Source: a virus
UHGV virus genome: UHGV-1362522
DNA: 46,906 nt
Reading direction: 5' to 3' (one strand)
In this document: positions 16,572 to 25,767 of the stretch, piece after piece
Numbering within the stretch: the stretch's first letter is position 1
How the letters are laid out: each line of letters starts with the position of its first letter
Made by a program: the position numbers and the translations under genes
The notes under the pieces: generated by a model
Database searches by the model: none
What the model saw: the letters and a program-made list of their open reading frames with translations, nothing else
Told to the model about the DNA's origin: nothing

Positions 16572-16910
16572 TCAATGGTCATCACCATCCTCGCTTATTG
16601 CGGCATCCAGCTGGCGGCGCAGCATACACAGCGCGCCATGCGGCATAAACTGATTAGCCATGCCATCGAATATCTGGCGGTTTAATTTATTATCAATGCG
16701 CGGCCTGATTGCTGACCAGCACGCGCGGATTGATTTGTTAACCTGACGACCTTCAATCATAGCCAGTTTTGCAGCCAACTCTACAGTAACAAGCGCATCG
16801 ATATATTGCTCGCAGGCGTAGCGGCTATCATCGCCAGATGATGTTTTCACGCATGTAAATTCACCATCGGAATGAGTGCTATCACCTTCACATACAGATT
16901 TAATATCCAT
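16572..16910 (-). CDS. Cys-rich hypothetical protein (112 aa)
   Basis: SD GAGGAAGG. Start MDIKSVCEGD. TGATG-coupled to the upstream small gene. Confidence 0.4.
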   Translation of the reverse strand: MDIKSVCEGDSTHSDGEFTCVKTSSGDDSRYACEQYIDALVTVELAAKLAMIEGRQVNKSIRACWSAIRPRIDNKLNRQIFDGMANQFMPHGALCMLRRQLDAAISEDGDDH

Positions 16911-17062
16911 CACGCCTTCCTCGTCTTGTTCTTGATGCCCCACAAAATCAGATTAGCAATAAACTCAGCGCGCCTGAGGTGAATTGCTATCGCATAGTTT
17001 ATGTCGATGCGCTGACCTGCATATGCAGATATCACATCTTCGTCGTCTTTGTTAACTGGCAT
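16910..17062 (-). CDS. small protein (50 aa)
   Basis: SD GGAGGA 6 nt upstream. Sequence MPVNKDDEDVISAYAGQRIDINYAIAIHLRRAEF... Confidence 0.3.
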   Translation of the reverse strand: MPVNKDDEDVISAYAGQRIDINYAIAIHLRRAEFIANLILWGIKNKTRKA

Positions 17063-17064
17063 TT

Positions 17065-17193
17065 TTAATCCTCCACCACTACGCCAATCTTAGCCAGCAA
17101 CAAAATCGCCTTTACGCGGGCCTCCTCATAGGTGTAACCCTGTTCGATGTAAAGGTCGATGTAAAATCTCAAATCAGCATCAGTCTCGTTCAT
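17065..17193 (-). CDS. small acidic protein (42 aa)
   Basis: SD GAGGG 6 nt upstream. First gene downstream of the leftward promoter at 17224-17253. Confidence 0.3.
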   Translation of the reverse strand: MNETDADLRFYIDLYIEQGYTYEEARVKAILLLAKIGVVVED

Positions 17194-17221
17194 ATGTCAA
17201 ACCCTCAATCACCTTATGCTT

Positions 17222-17265
17222 TCAATCTACGTCAGTCTTGCACTCCCTGTCAATGGTATAATTAC
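17222..17265. promoter_or_regulatory. divergent promoters: leftward TTGACA-N18-TAGATT, rightward extended -10 TGGTATAAT
   Basis: ATCTACGTCA at 17225-17234 (its complement supplies the leftward -10). A second partial motif ATTACGTCA is at 17261-17269. Confidence 0.4.
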
Positions 17266-17290
17266 GTCATTATGAAAACAGGATTTAGAC

Positions 17291-17998
17291 ATGAGACAAC
17301 GCACACCGCTAACAGAAATCGGAGAAATGCGCATCTCCCTGGATGACAAGTCTTTTTTCTTCAAACCATCATTTGCGGCGATGAATGAGCTTGGCTCACC
17401 AAAAGAGATTGTCGAGCTGTATGCTACGCTTAATGGCTATGAATACGCGGCTGTACTTGGCGCCATTCAGTCATTGCCATACGGCGCACAGATTCAGGTG
17501 GCAAAAATCCTGTCGCGTCCTGCCTATGGCAAGAAAGTGCTCAGCGCTGCCTGCCTCATCATGCAGTCCTGTTGCGATGATGATATCTCGGTGCTCATTG
17601 GATCATGGAAGCCGACTCCGCGCGGTGTTAAGTACGTCACCGGACGAATGCCAGTAAATGACATTATTATTATTGCTCGAAACCTGATGGAGCATGGCAT
17701 CATCGGAAAGTCTCCGCTCAAGGTTCCTCAGCGCTCGGAAAACCAAAAGCGCACAACCAGTGAGTTGAGAATGTCGGATTACATCATCTCAGCTCGCACC
17801 CATTTCGGAATCACCCGTGAGGAAGCAGAAGACCTGACCATGACCGAGTATCAGCAGATGATAAAATCAAAATACCCGGAACCGGAAGGTATGACGCGCG
17901 AGCAGTATGATGCGTCTTATGAACGGGCTAAGCTCAATAAACAGAAACTGAAAGAGAAAGCCGCCAGAAAGGCCGCTAAAAGCAAAGGAGCAAAATAA
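17291..17998 (+). CDS. tail assembly chaperone (gpG/GT-like)
   Basis: Position immediately upstream of the tape measure gene. TAATG coupling. Lys-rich C-terminus. Confidence 0.45.
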   Translation: MRQRTPLTEIGEMRISLDDKSFFFKPSFAAMNELGSPKEIVELYATLNGYEYAAVLGAIQSLPYGAQIQVAKILSRPAYGKKVLSAACLIMQSCCDDDISVLIGSWKPTPRGVKYVTGRMPVNDIIIIARNLMEHGIIGKSPLKVPQRSENQKRTTSELRMSDYIISARTHFGITREEAEDLTMTEYQQMIKSKYPEPEGMTREQYDASYERAKLNKQKLKEKAARKAAKSKGAK

Positions 17999-20900
17999 TG
18001 GCAGAAACAGTTGGCGGCATTATCTATGAGGTTGGCATTGACACATCCCAGCTAGTGGCTGGCAGTCGTGAATTGCAGTCAATGCTAAATGGACTTAGCG
18101 GGAACATGGGGCGACTTGAGGCCAGTGTAAACAGGACAGAGCGCTCTATTGGATCGATGGAACGAACAATGTCCAGCCTTTCTGGCGTTGCCAAGGGATT
18201 GTTCGCGGCGCTTTCTGTGCAACAGGTTGCGAGTTACGCCGATGCCTGGACTGAACTAAATAACAAGGTAGCTAACTCGGTTCGTACTGGAGAGACGCAG
18301 ACCGAAGTTATGCAGCGGATCTTTGATGTTTCACAAGCAACCCAGTCATCCCTTAACGGCACGGCGACTCTTTACGCCAGACTTGAGCGAGGAACCAGGG
18401 CGTACAACACCAGCGCGGAAGATTTAGTCCGCCTGACCACTATTATCAACCAGGGGTTTGCAGTATCCGGTGCAACAGCTCAGGAAGCTGAGAACGCAAT
18501 CATTCAGCTATCACAGGGTATCGCTTCCGGCGTTCTGCGCGGCGAGGAGTTTAACTCAGTGTCAGAGCAAGGCAGCCGCCTCATGGTAGCTCTGGCTGAT
18601 TCGATGGGTGTTTCTATCGGTCAGTTGAGGGCTATGGCCGCTCAGGGGCAGCTAACAACAGACGTTGTAGTTAAGGGGCTTCTGTCACAAGGGGATGCAA
18701 TCGGCAAAGAATTTGCCAACACCACCGTCTCAATCGCCAAGGGATTGCAGGTAGCCGGTAACAACGTAACGAAGTTCTTTGGCGAAAACTCGACGGTTAA
18801 ATCATTTGCAGCAGGGTTCCGAGACTCTGTCATCACAATAAGTGAGAACCTTGAGACGCTGAGCGGCGCCCTTATCATTGTAGCTGGCATAATGGGAAGT
18901 CGGTATGTTGGCGCGCTGGCAATGTCCACTGCCGCGAAAATATCAGATATAGCGGCATCAAGACAGCAATTAATAGCTGAGAATCAGCAGGCACAATCTG
19001 CACTCTTTGCCGCCAATGCCACCCAGAGAAAAGCTTTCGCTGATAAAGAGGCGGCACTATCATCTGTCGCACTTGCCCAGGCTGAATATAACGTAGCAAA
19101 AGGCAGTGCAGCCGAGGCGCTGGCTCTTGATGCTCTTATAGCTGCAAAGTCCAGAGCGAGCGCCGCGTCATTGTCTTTGGCGCAAGCTGAAAACGCACAG
19201 GCCGCGGCATCAGCGAGAGCGGCATCTGCGGCCAGAGCAGCTTCGGTAGGGGTTGGCCTTGCCAGAGGGGCGCTTTCATTGATAGGCGGCCCAGCAGGAG
19301 CGGCGACGTTAGCAGCGGGGGCAATTTTCTACTTCTGGCAAAAAGCGCAGCAGGCCAGAGAAGAATCCATTCGCTTTGCTGATAGCTTGGATCAAGTTAA
19401 CGAGTCAATGAAGGCGATGAATAACACCCAGCTAAGGGGGGTAATTGCCGACGCTAATAAGTCTATTCAGGCACAAGAGGAATATGTAAGGGATCTTGAA
19501 GACAGCATTGATAAACTTAAAGGTGAGATTGATGACTATACCGCAAGAGGAAAGCTGTTCGGAACAACAATAGAGCAAGGAAACGGGTTACTAAAAATCG
19601 CATCAGATAAAACTGATGAACTGAATCAAAAATCGCGCGACCTTGCGAACGCCAAGGAAAAACTAGCAAGAACTCAGGAAGCCGCATCTGAAGCACGCAG
19701 AACCCTTACAAACAACATGCTCACGTCTATGGGTGTGCATGACAGCCTGATTGAGAAAGGGTCGACTCTTGAGAGAGTGCAAGGAGCGGTGGCAAGAGCA
19801 TTTGGCCTGACTGCCGATGAGATAAACCGAGCGAATCAGGCCGGGCAAAACTTCAACCCAAAATCCTTGCAGGTGTCACCACCAACAGAAGAAGCTGATA
19901 AGATGATTCTCAGCCTTGAGGAGCAGAATCAGCTTTTAAAAATACAGGATGAAAGACAAAGGGCGGTAACAAAAGCACGGCTGGAGGCTCAAAAGGTAAC
20001 TGATAACCCCAATCAGATAGCAAGGGCTGCTGAACTTGCAGGGCAGATATATGATTTAAATGAGGCCGAGAAAGCAAGGGGTAAAGCGCAAAATGATGCG
20101 CAATCAGCGGCGCAAAAAGCAGCCACAGAGCAGGAGAATATCGCCAATAAACTTGAGGAACTCCGCCAGAAGTCATTGCTTACCGCTGAAAGCACAAGAG
20201 AGCTTAGCCGCGAACAGTCAATACTGGTTGCTCAGCAATCACTGGGCAAGGGAGCCACTCAGGAGCAAATTAACCTTGCCGGGCAATATGCGGCTAAGGC
20301 ATGGGATAATGCCAACGCGCTCAAGGCTCAGGCAGAGGCGGAGAAACAAAGGGTAGAAGCTGTCAAGGGATTCGCTGCATTAAAATCGCAGACATCCCCA
20401 ATGTTTGCCGTTGAAACAAATTATCAGAAGGATTTAGCAGCGCTCAATGCTTACGCGGTGGCTTACCCACAAAAGATAGCGGAGGTTGAACAGGCCAGAG
20501 CAGCTATTGAGGAGCAATACCGCCAGCAGCGCCTTGATGCCATGTGGCAGGAGTGGAGCCAGCAGAACGCTGCAACACAAGCGGCTGCTGCTGCATTTGA
20601 TGCTTTTGGGCAAACCGCAAGCAATGCCTTGACTGGTGTTTTGACCGGCTCAATGTCTGTTAGCGAGGCGCTACAGTCAATCGGCAGCACTGTGTTGAAC
20701 GCTGTGATTAACTCATTCGTTCAGATGGGTGTGGAGTGGCTTAAATCGGTGATTATGGGTCAGGTTGGGATGACCGCAGCCTCAGCGATGGCAGCGACTC
20801 AGGCTCAGATAATCGCAGCAGCTATGGCGCCAGCGGCAGCAATGACCTCGCTCGCTACAGCCGGGGCGAATGCAATCCCTGCACAGGCTGGAATTGTTTC

Positions 20901-21279
20901 CACCGTTGGTGTGGCTAAAGCAATGTCTGTTGCAGGGGCATTAAAGAATGGTGGACCTGCGCAGGCTGGCTCAATGTATCAGGTCGGCGAGAACAACCTA
21001 CCTGAAATCTTCCAGGCCAGCAATGGCAATCAGTACATGATACCTGGCGACAACGGAAAGGTTATCAGCAACAAAGACCTTAGCGGCGGTGGCAGTGGTA
21101 TCATTATTTACAATAATGTCACCAATAACAGCAGCGGAGCAACAGCCACATCAACCGCAACGGATAATGGTGACGGGTCTGTTACAATTGAGACTATCGT
21201 TGCCGACATAGAAAATGGCGGCCCTATTTCTCAGGCCATTACCAGCAACACCACTGCAACCAGAAGGGCAACAGAATAA
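17998..21279 (+). CDS. tail tape measure protein
   Basis: 1093 aa, Ala/Gln-rich with long coiled coils and a Gly-rich C-terminal region. SD AAGGAG. Confidence 0.8.
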   Translation: MAETVGGIIYEVGIDTSQLVAGSRELQSMLNGLSGNMGRLEASVNRTERSIGSMERTMSSLSGVAKGLFAALSVQQVASYADAWTELNNKVANSVRTGETQTEVMQRIFDVSQATQSSLNGTATLYARLERGTRAYNTSAEDLVRLTTIINQGFAVSGATAQEAENAIIQLSQGIASGVLRGEEFNSVSEQGSRLMVALADSMGVSIGQLRAMAAQGQLTTDVVVKGLLSQGDAIGKEFANTTVSIAKGLQVAGNNVTKFFGENSTVKSFAAGFRDSVITISENLETLSGALIIVAGIMGSRYVGALAMSTAAKISDIAASRQQLIAENQQAQSALFAANATQRKAFADKEAALSSVALAQAEYNVAKGSAAEALALDALIAAKSRASAASLSLAQAENAQAAASARAASAARAASVGVGLARGALSLIGGPAGAATLAAGAIFYFWQKAQQAREESIRFADSLDQVNESMKAMNNTQLRGVIADANKSIQAQEEYVRDLEDSIDKLKGEIDDYTARGKLFGTTIEQGNGLLKIASDKTDELNQKSRDLANAKEKLARTQEAASEARRTLTNNMLTSMGVHDSLIEKGSTLERVQGAVARAFGLTADEINRANQAGQNFNPKSLQVSPPTEEADKMILSLEEQNQLLKIQDERQRAVTKARLEAQKVTDNPNQIARAAELAGQIYDLNEAEKARGKAQNDAQSAAQKAATEQENIANKLEELRQKSLLTAESTRELSREQSILVAQQSLGKGATQEQINLAGQYAAKAWDNANALKAQAEAEKQRVEAVKGFAALKSQTSPMFAVETNYQKDLAALNAYAVAYPQKIAEVEQARAAIEEQYRQQRLDAMWQEWSQQNAATQAAAAAFDAFGQTASNALTGVLTGSMSVSEALQSIGSTVLNAVINSFVQMGVEWLKSVIMGQVGMTAASAMAATQAQIIAAAMAPAAAMTSLATAGANAIPAQAGIVSTVGVAKAMSVAGALKNGGPAQAGSMYQVGENNLPEIFQASNGNQYMIPGDNGKVISNKDLSGGGSGIIIYNNVTNNSSGATATSTATDNGDGSVTIETIVADIENGGPISQAITSNTTATRRATE

Positions 21280-21752
21280 TGGCTATAGCTTACCCATCAT
21301 GGCTACCGCTTGCGCAGCGTGCCAGCAAGAACATGACGACTCAAACCCCATTCCGCAGCGATCAGCCTGCGGTAGGGGCGCCAATATTTCAAAAGTTAAC
21401 TACCGATGTTGCAGTAACATGGAGTTTGACGTGGGTTTTCACGCTCAGGCAGGAGCGGGCATTTATGCAGTGGTTGAGAAGCCCAAATTATCTCAACAAG
21501 TGCAATGAATGGTTCACGATGGATATCGATCTTGGTGGCAGCGGATTACAGAATCAGACTTTGCACTTTACTGATTACCCCGTGCAGACAAGCATCAATG
21601 GCGGCATCGTCACATGGACTGGAAATGTCATCTGTAAAACCCTCAATAACTCCATGGATGAGTTTGATGATGTGCTTGTTGAGCTTGATGAGAGATGGTA
21701 TAGCTTCCTTGATGAAACTGTAAACAGAGAGCTACCAGAACATAGCGATTAA
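21279..21752 (+). CDS. minor tail protein (lambda gpM-like)
   Basis: TAATG-coupled to the tape measure gene. 157 aa. Position. Confidence 0.5.
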   Translation: MAIAYPSWLPLAQRASKNMTTQTPFRSDQPAVGAPIFQKLTTDVAVTWSLTWVFTLRQERAFMQWLRSPNYLNKCNEWFTMDIDLGGSGLQNQTLHFTDYPVQTSINGGIVTWTGNVICKTLNNSMDEFDDVLVELDERWYSFLDETVNRELPEHSD

Positions 21753-22240
21753 CAAAACCTGCTAAATTCGCCAAAAATAACTTTTGCGGCGTTTACATAT
21801 GCATCGTGGGCTTGCTTTGGAGACAAGAACAAGCCCAAATATTTCTGCTTCCCATTTATCTTTATGCTTGCCTGCCACTTACCACTTTGCTTGTGAAAGC
21901 TAACACCTTTGTACCCCGAGGTGTTATTCACAGTCTTAATTCTATTCATTGCGTTTTGAGATAGCGTAGCCTCCCTTAGATTGATGATTCTATTGTCGCT
22001 CCTAATGCCATTGATGTGATCTATTGCCCTCGATGGCATCTCGCCATTTACATACAGCCACGCCAAATGGCTTGCTTGATATCTAACCCCATCAATCATT
22101 ATTGTGATGTAGCTGCTTTTATTTTTCCTTCCGGCAACATCACCCTTTTTCACGGAAAATGATTTATTAACAAGCCATCTAAAAACACCGCTATCTGCGT
22201 TGTATGATAGTAACGACATAAGCTCTTTTTGCGTAATCAT
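21749..22240 (-). CDS. HNH homing endonuclease with C-terminal AP2 DNA-binding domain, inserted between minor tail genes
   Basis: HLAWLYVNG...IDHINGIRSDNRIINLREATLSQN (HNH motif) then YKGVSFHK..GKWQASI (AP2). SD GGAGA. The listed ORF opens at 22363. Confidence 0.7.
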   Translation of the reverse strand: MITQKELMSLLSYNADSGVFRWLVNKSFSVKKGDVAGRKNKSSYITIMIDGVRYQASHLAWLYVNGEMPSRAIDHINGIRSDNRIINLREATLSQNAMNRIKTVNNTSGYKGVSFHKQSGKWQASIKINGKQKYLGLFLSPKQAHDAYVNAAKVIFGEFSRFC

Positions 22241-22258
22241 GGCTATCTCCAAAAAAGT

Positions 22259-22320
22259 AACGCCCCTGCCAGGTGGAACATGGTTGCAACAAAACCATAC
22301 TGGCAAGGGCGTTAAATTTA
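22259..22320. repeat. long imperfect inverted repeat (hairpin) in the HNH 5' region
   Basis: AACGCCCCTGCCAG pairs with CTGGCAAGGGCGTT, with an inner ATGGTTGC...AACCAT stem. T-run on the minus strand next to the HNH start. Confidence 0.35.
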
Positions 22321-22418
22321 TTGTTGCTTGCTTGCCGTTTCGGGTTCCACGCCTATGCGACATGAGTAGTGTATGATATATACATCAGTATTTCAAGATT
22401 TCCTCAGGAGTATCCATA

Positions 22419-22889
22419 ATGCCAACATTGCGTGAATACCAGTCGAAAAGGCCAAACTGGAAGCTGTATGACACCATAACCTTTTATCATTCTTCATTTG
22501 GTTACGTCCGGCTGGTTGGCAACGAGTTTTCTGATGTTGTACTTGGCGGCCAGACCTACCAGCCAGTACGAATGGATGTAACCAGAAGCCAACAATCGAA
22601 CACACCGGTAATCAATGCCACGCTGAAGTTTGCAAGACTGGCTAATGACTTTAAGCAATATTTAAAGTTATGGTCAGGCTCTGGACGTATTGAGCCTATC
22701 ACTGCTTTATACCAGCGTTTTGACGAGACTGACAAAGACACACCATTAAAACCATATACGCTTTATGTTAACGATGTGACGCTTGATAAGTCTGATGTAA
22801 CTGTCTCTATCTCCATAAAAAACCCAATCAATGGCAACGTGGCAAAACTTTATGACATCACAGAATTCCCTGGATTGCGTACCGTTTGA
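22419..22889 (+). CDS. minor tail protein (lambda gpL-like position)
   Basis: 156 aa. SD AGGAG. Gene order M-L-K. Confidence 0.4.
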   Translation: MPTLREYQSKRPNWKLYDTITFYHSSFGYVRLVGNEFSDVVLGGQTYQPVRMDVTRSQQSNTPVINATLKFARLANDFKQYLKLWSGSGRIEPITALYQRFDETDKDTPLKPYTLYVNDVTLDKSDVTVSISIKNPINGNVAKLYDITEFPGLRTV

Positions 22890-22902
22890 CGATTTTGAGA
22901 GG

Positions 22903-23310
22903 ATGATGCTTGGCAAGCCATACGTCGACAGGTGTTGTCACGTTGACGCGGTAGACTGCTGGGGTCTGGTGGTGCTGTTCTATCGCCTGTGCATGAATGT
23001 TAATGTTCATCATGATGACTCATATTCAAATGGCGGCGATTTTGTCACTTGTTTCAATGGAGAAGTTTCATTCTGGAAAGACACCGGTCGGCCAAAAATT
23101 GGCGATGTGGTGGTTGCCTATCGCGGGAGTCATCCGGTACATGTCGCGCTGTGGTGGGGTCGTGATAAAATACTGCATGCGCGAGAGAAAACGGCAGTCA
23201 AGACAGACCGCCTTAAAACACTCGAAAAATTATCAACAAAATTAAGGTTCCTGACTTATGCCGGTTATTCACATTCAGAAGATGCCAGGAGTTCCAAAAG
23301 AGACGGGTAA
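22903..23310 (+). CDS. tail assembly protein with NlpC/P60 peptidase domain (gpK-like)
   Basis: [10 protein letters not shown]...H...H gives the Cys-His-His of NlpC/P60. The listed ORF opens at 22831; the Met after the upstream stop is preferred. Confidence 0.55.
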   Translation: MMLGKPYVDRCCHVDAVDCWGLVVLFYRLCMNVNVHHDDSYSNGGDFVTCFNGEVSFWKDTGRPKIGDVVVAYRGSHPVHVALWWGRDKILHAREKTAVKTDRLKTLEKLSTKLRFLTYAGYSHSEDARSSKRDG

Positions 23311-25738
23311 TGTTCCTGCTGGCACTAATCTGTGGAGATGGCTGGAGAATTCCGGCCTTCCATCTGATATCAGGATTGCGCTGAATGGCCGCATTTTTGG
23401 CCCTGATGATGAATTGTCGATATCGTTAAAGCAAAACGATATTGTTAACATTTACTGTCAGCCTCGCGGCGCCATTGGCGACCTTATCAGCACGATACTC
23501 AAGCCTGTAACTAAGGTTCTTTCTTTTCTGCTGCCAAAAGCATCAACGCCATCAACCAGCACTGGAGCGACGGTTGAATCACCCAATAACAGCCTGAAAT
23601 CGCAAACCAATATTGCGCGAAACGGAGAGGCAAGACCTGACAACTTCGGTCAGATAAGGGCATTCCCTGACCTGATTCAGGAATCGCTTTTTGAATACAT
23701 TGACGATCTTAAGTACGTCACTGAGTTCATGAACTTTGGCCTTGGGAAATACACCATTTCATCGGTTCGCTATGCGGAAACTAATCTTGGTTCTCTGCCC
23801 GGCGCCACTCATATCATCTACAATCCAGGTGATGTGATCGGGCAAATCATTGAGCCTTACCAGTTCGACGGACTTGATGGTCAGGAGGTTCCAGGACTGA
23901 ACGAGTCAGAGGACACCCCGATAGAGACAGCGACCACGACATCTGTTACCAGTGGAGATTATGCTGGCGGTCAGTTGTTAATGGTCATACCAAAAAACAC
24001 TGATTTCGATTACTTTATGGGGTTATCTTTACCGCACTCTGTGTCATTAACAATAAATATCACCTACAACTCTACATCAGGGCCAGTTACTGAAAACATC
24101 CAGCTTAGTGGCAACATCATTTCAGCTGAGGAGACTGAAACTGGCGTCATTCCTGATATTCAGTATTTTTATAATTTCACATTCAATAACCTGACTGGCG
24201 CAAATCTTGGCAACCTGAGCGGCGCAACCATCAACAATACTTATTTCCAGATTGTGGATAATGAGGCGCTTGTTGTTGGCCCATATGTTGGAGCCGTGGA
24301 GTCGACGCAGGTATGGGTTCACGTTCAGTCTGAGCTTGGGCCAACCAGTGGCACGGCTGATTATCTGATCAAGGTATGGGCGGTTGATGATAATGGAGAC
24401 GCAATTCCCGGAACTGAGGAGCAGGTCGCAGATAGTATTGACAACCCATTCAATCAGACAACAAAAACCTATTATCGCACGTATAAATTAACTCCTGCTT
24501 ATGGGCTGGCTAAGTATGCCATCAGCATTGAAAGGACAAACAACTCAAACTCTGGCAACCGCGTAACGTTGCAGGCGGCGCACGCTATCAACATCCGCGA
24601 GAATGTGGTTTATCCTGATGACACCCTTGTTAAAGTGACAGTGAAGGCCACTCTTCAGCCCACATCAGTTACTGAGCGAAAATATAATGCGCTGATTACC
24701 CGCTGGACTATTGGATACAACAGAACAACCGGTACAGTAGACTATACGTTAACGCCATCAAGAAGTTTTGCAGATTCAGTGCTGCATAACTGGCTTATTA
24801 CTGCTGGTCAGCCTGAAAGCACCATTGACGTGGGAAGGCTCTATGAAATAGCTGATGCGCTGCCTGATGAGCGTCTTGGGTATTTTGATTACACATTTGA
24901 CGATGAGGATAAATCGATCGGTGAAAGAATTCAAACCATATGTGATGCAGCTCGCGTGACGGTTTTTTGGGATGATGGCGTTTTATCGTTTTCAAGAGAT
25001 GAGCAAAAATCAACACCTGAAACTGTGTTCAATACCAGAAACACGCAGGCCGATGGCTACAAAATGTCTTATGACATGACTTTGCCGGGGTCATATGATG
25101 GCGTAAGCGTTCAGTACCGAGACCCAAACACCAACAAACAGGATTACGTTTATTATAAAGTTGGAACATCTGGTATCGAACCAGGAGAGCCAACTAAGCC
25201 GAAAAAATTCGACATGCTATATGTTCGAAACCTGTATCAGGCAACAGACCGGGCTATGCTTGAGTGCAATCGCCTGATGTACTCACGCCGAGGGATGGAG
25301 ATAAAAGCGCTTGCTGATGGCGAGTGGGTGAACGTTGGCGATATGATTTCTGTTGTCGATATTTATGATTCTGTACAGCAAACAGGCGTTATCCGCTCAA
25401 GGTCTGGAAACACATTCACCACCAGTGAGCAGCTCACGGCTGGAAGCGGCCTGTTTGTGGTTATCACCGGCGCCAATGGTAATGTGTCAGAGCGTTTGGC
25501 TTGTACCGTTACTGGACTGAATACATTCGAGTGCGCATTACCATCTGACTTCGAGTTAAACATTTTTGATGGTGTTAATGTTCAGTCAGAATCAAGATAT
25601 GCCATCTCAACAGAGGTTGAGCTTGACTCAACTTTATGGACAGTCAGCCAGAAAACTCCAGGTACAGATGGCACGGTATCTCTTACAGTAACTGAGTACA
25701 ATGACGCCATGTACGCCTACACCAACCCTGTTGCATGA
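23258..25738 (+). CDS. tail tip / central fibre protein with gpI-like N-terminal domain
   Basis: N-terminal ~130 aa parallel lambda gpI (..[22 protein letters not shown]..). 826 aa in total. Confidence 0.45.
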   Translation: MPVIHIQKMPGVPKETGNVPAGTNLWRWLENSGLPSDIRIALNGRIFGPDDELSISLKQNDIVNIYCQPRGAIGDLISTILKPVTKVLSFLLPKASTPSTSTGATVESPNNSLKSQTNIARNGEARPDNFGQIRAFPDLIQESLFEYIDDLKYVTEFMNFGLGKYTISSVRYAETNLGSLPGATHIIYNPGDVIGQIIEPYQFDGLDGQEVPGLNESEDTPIETATTTSVTSGDYAGGQLLMVIPKNTDFDYFMGLSLPHSVSLTINITYNSTSGPVTENIQLSGNIISAEETETGVIPDIQYFYNFTFNNLTGANLGNLSGATINNTYFQIVDNEALVVGPYVGAVESTQVWVHVQSELGPTSGTADYLIKVWAVDDNGDAIPGTEEQVADSIDNPFNQTTKTYYRTYKLTPAYGLAKYAISIERTNNSNSGNRVTLQAAHAINIRENVVYPDDTLVKVTVKATLQPTSVTERKYNALITRWTIGYNRTTGTVDYTLTPSRSFADSVLHNWLITAGQPESTIDVGRLYEIADALPDERLGYFDYTFDDEDKSIGERIQTICDAARVTVFWDDGVLSFSRDEQKSTPETVFNTRNTQADGYKMSYDMTLPGSYDGVSVQYRDPNTNKQDYVYYKVGTSGIEPGEPTKPKKFDMLYVRNLYQATDRAMLECNRLMYSRRGMEIKALADGEWVNVGDMISVVDIYDSVQQTGVIRSRSGNTFTTSEQLTAGSGLFVVITGANGNVSERLACTVTGLNTFECALPSDFELNIFDGVNVQSESRYAISTEVELDSTLWTVSQKTPGTDGTVSLTVTEYNDAMYAYTNPVA

Positions 25739-25767
25739 TACAATAGGGCAATTAATGATTATGGAGA

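Noticed and set aside
17291-17998. Programmed -1 frameshift producing a G/GT-type chaperone pair
   Set aside because: A single 235-aa ORF ends exactly at the tape measure start. No slippery heptamer or extended overlapping frame was seen by eye. Not excluded, but unsupported.
18642-20690. Several 60-98-aa minus-strand ORFs inside the tape measure gene
   Set aside because: They are antisense to a long Ala/Gln-rich gene, where GC-rich codons produce open antisense frames. None has a start context.
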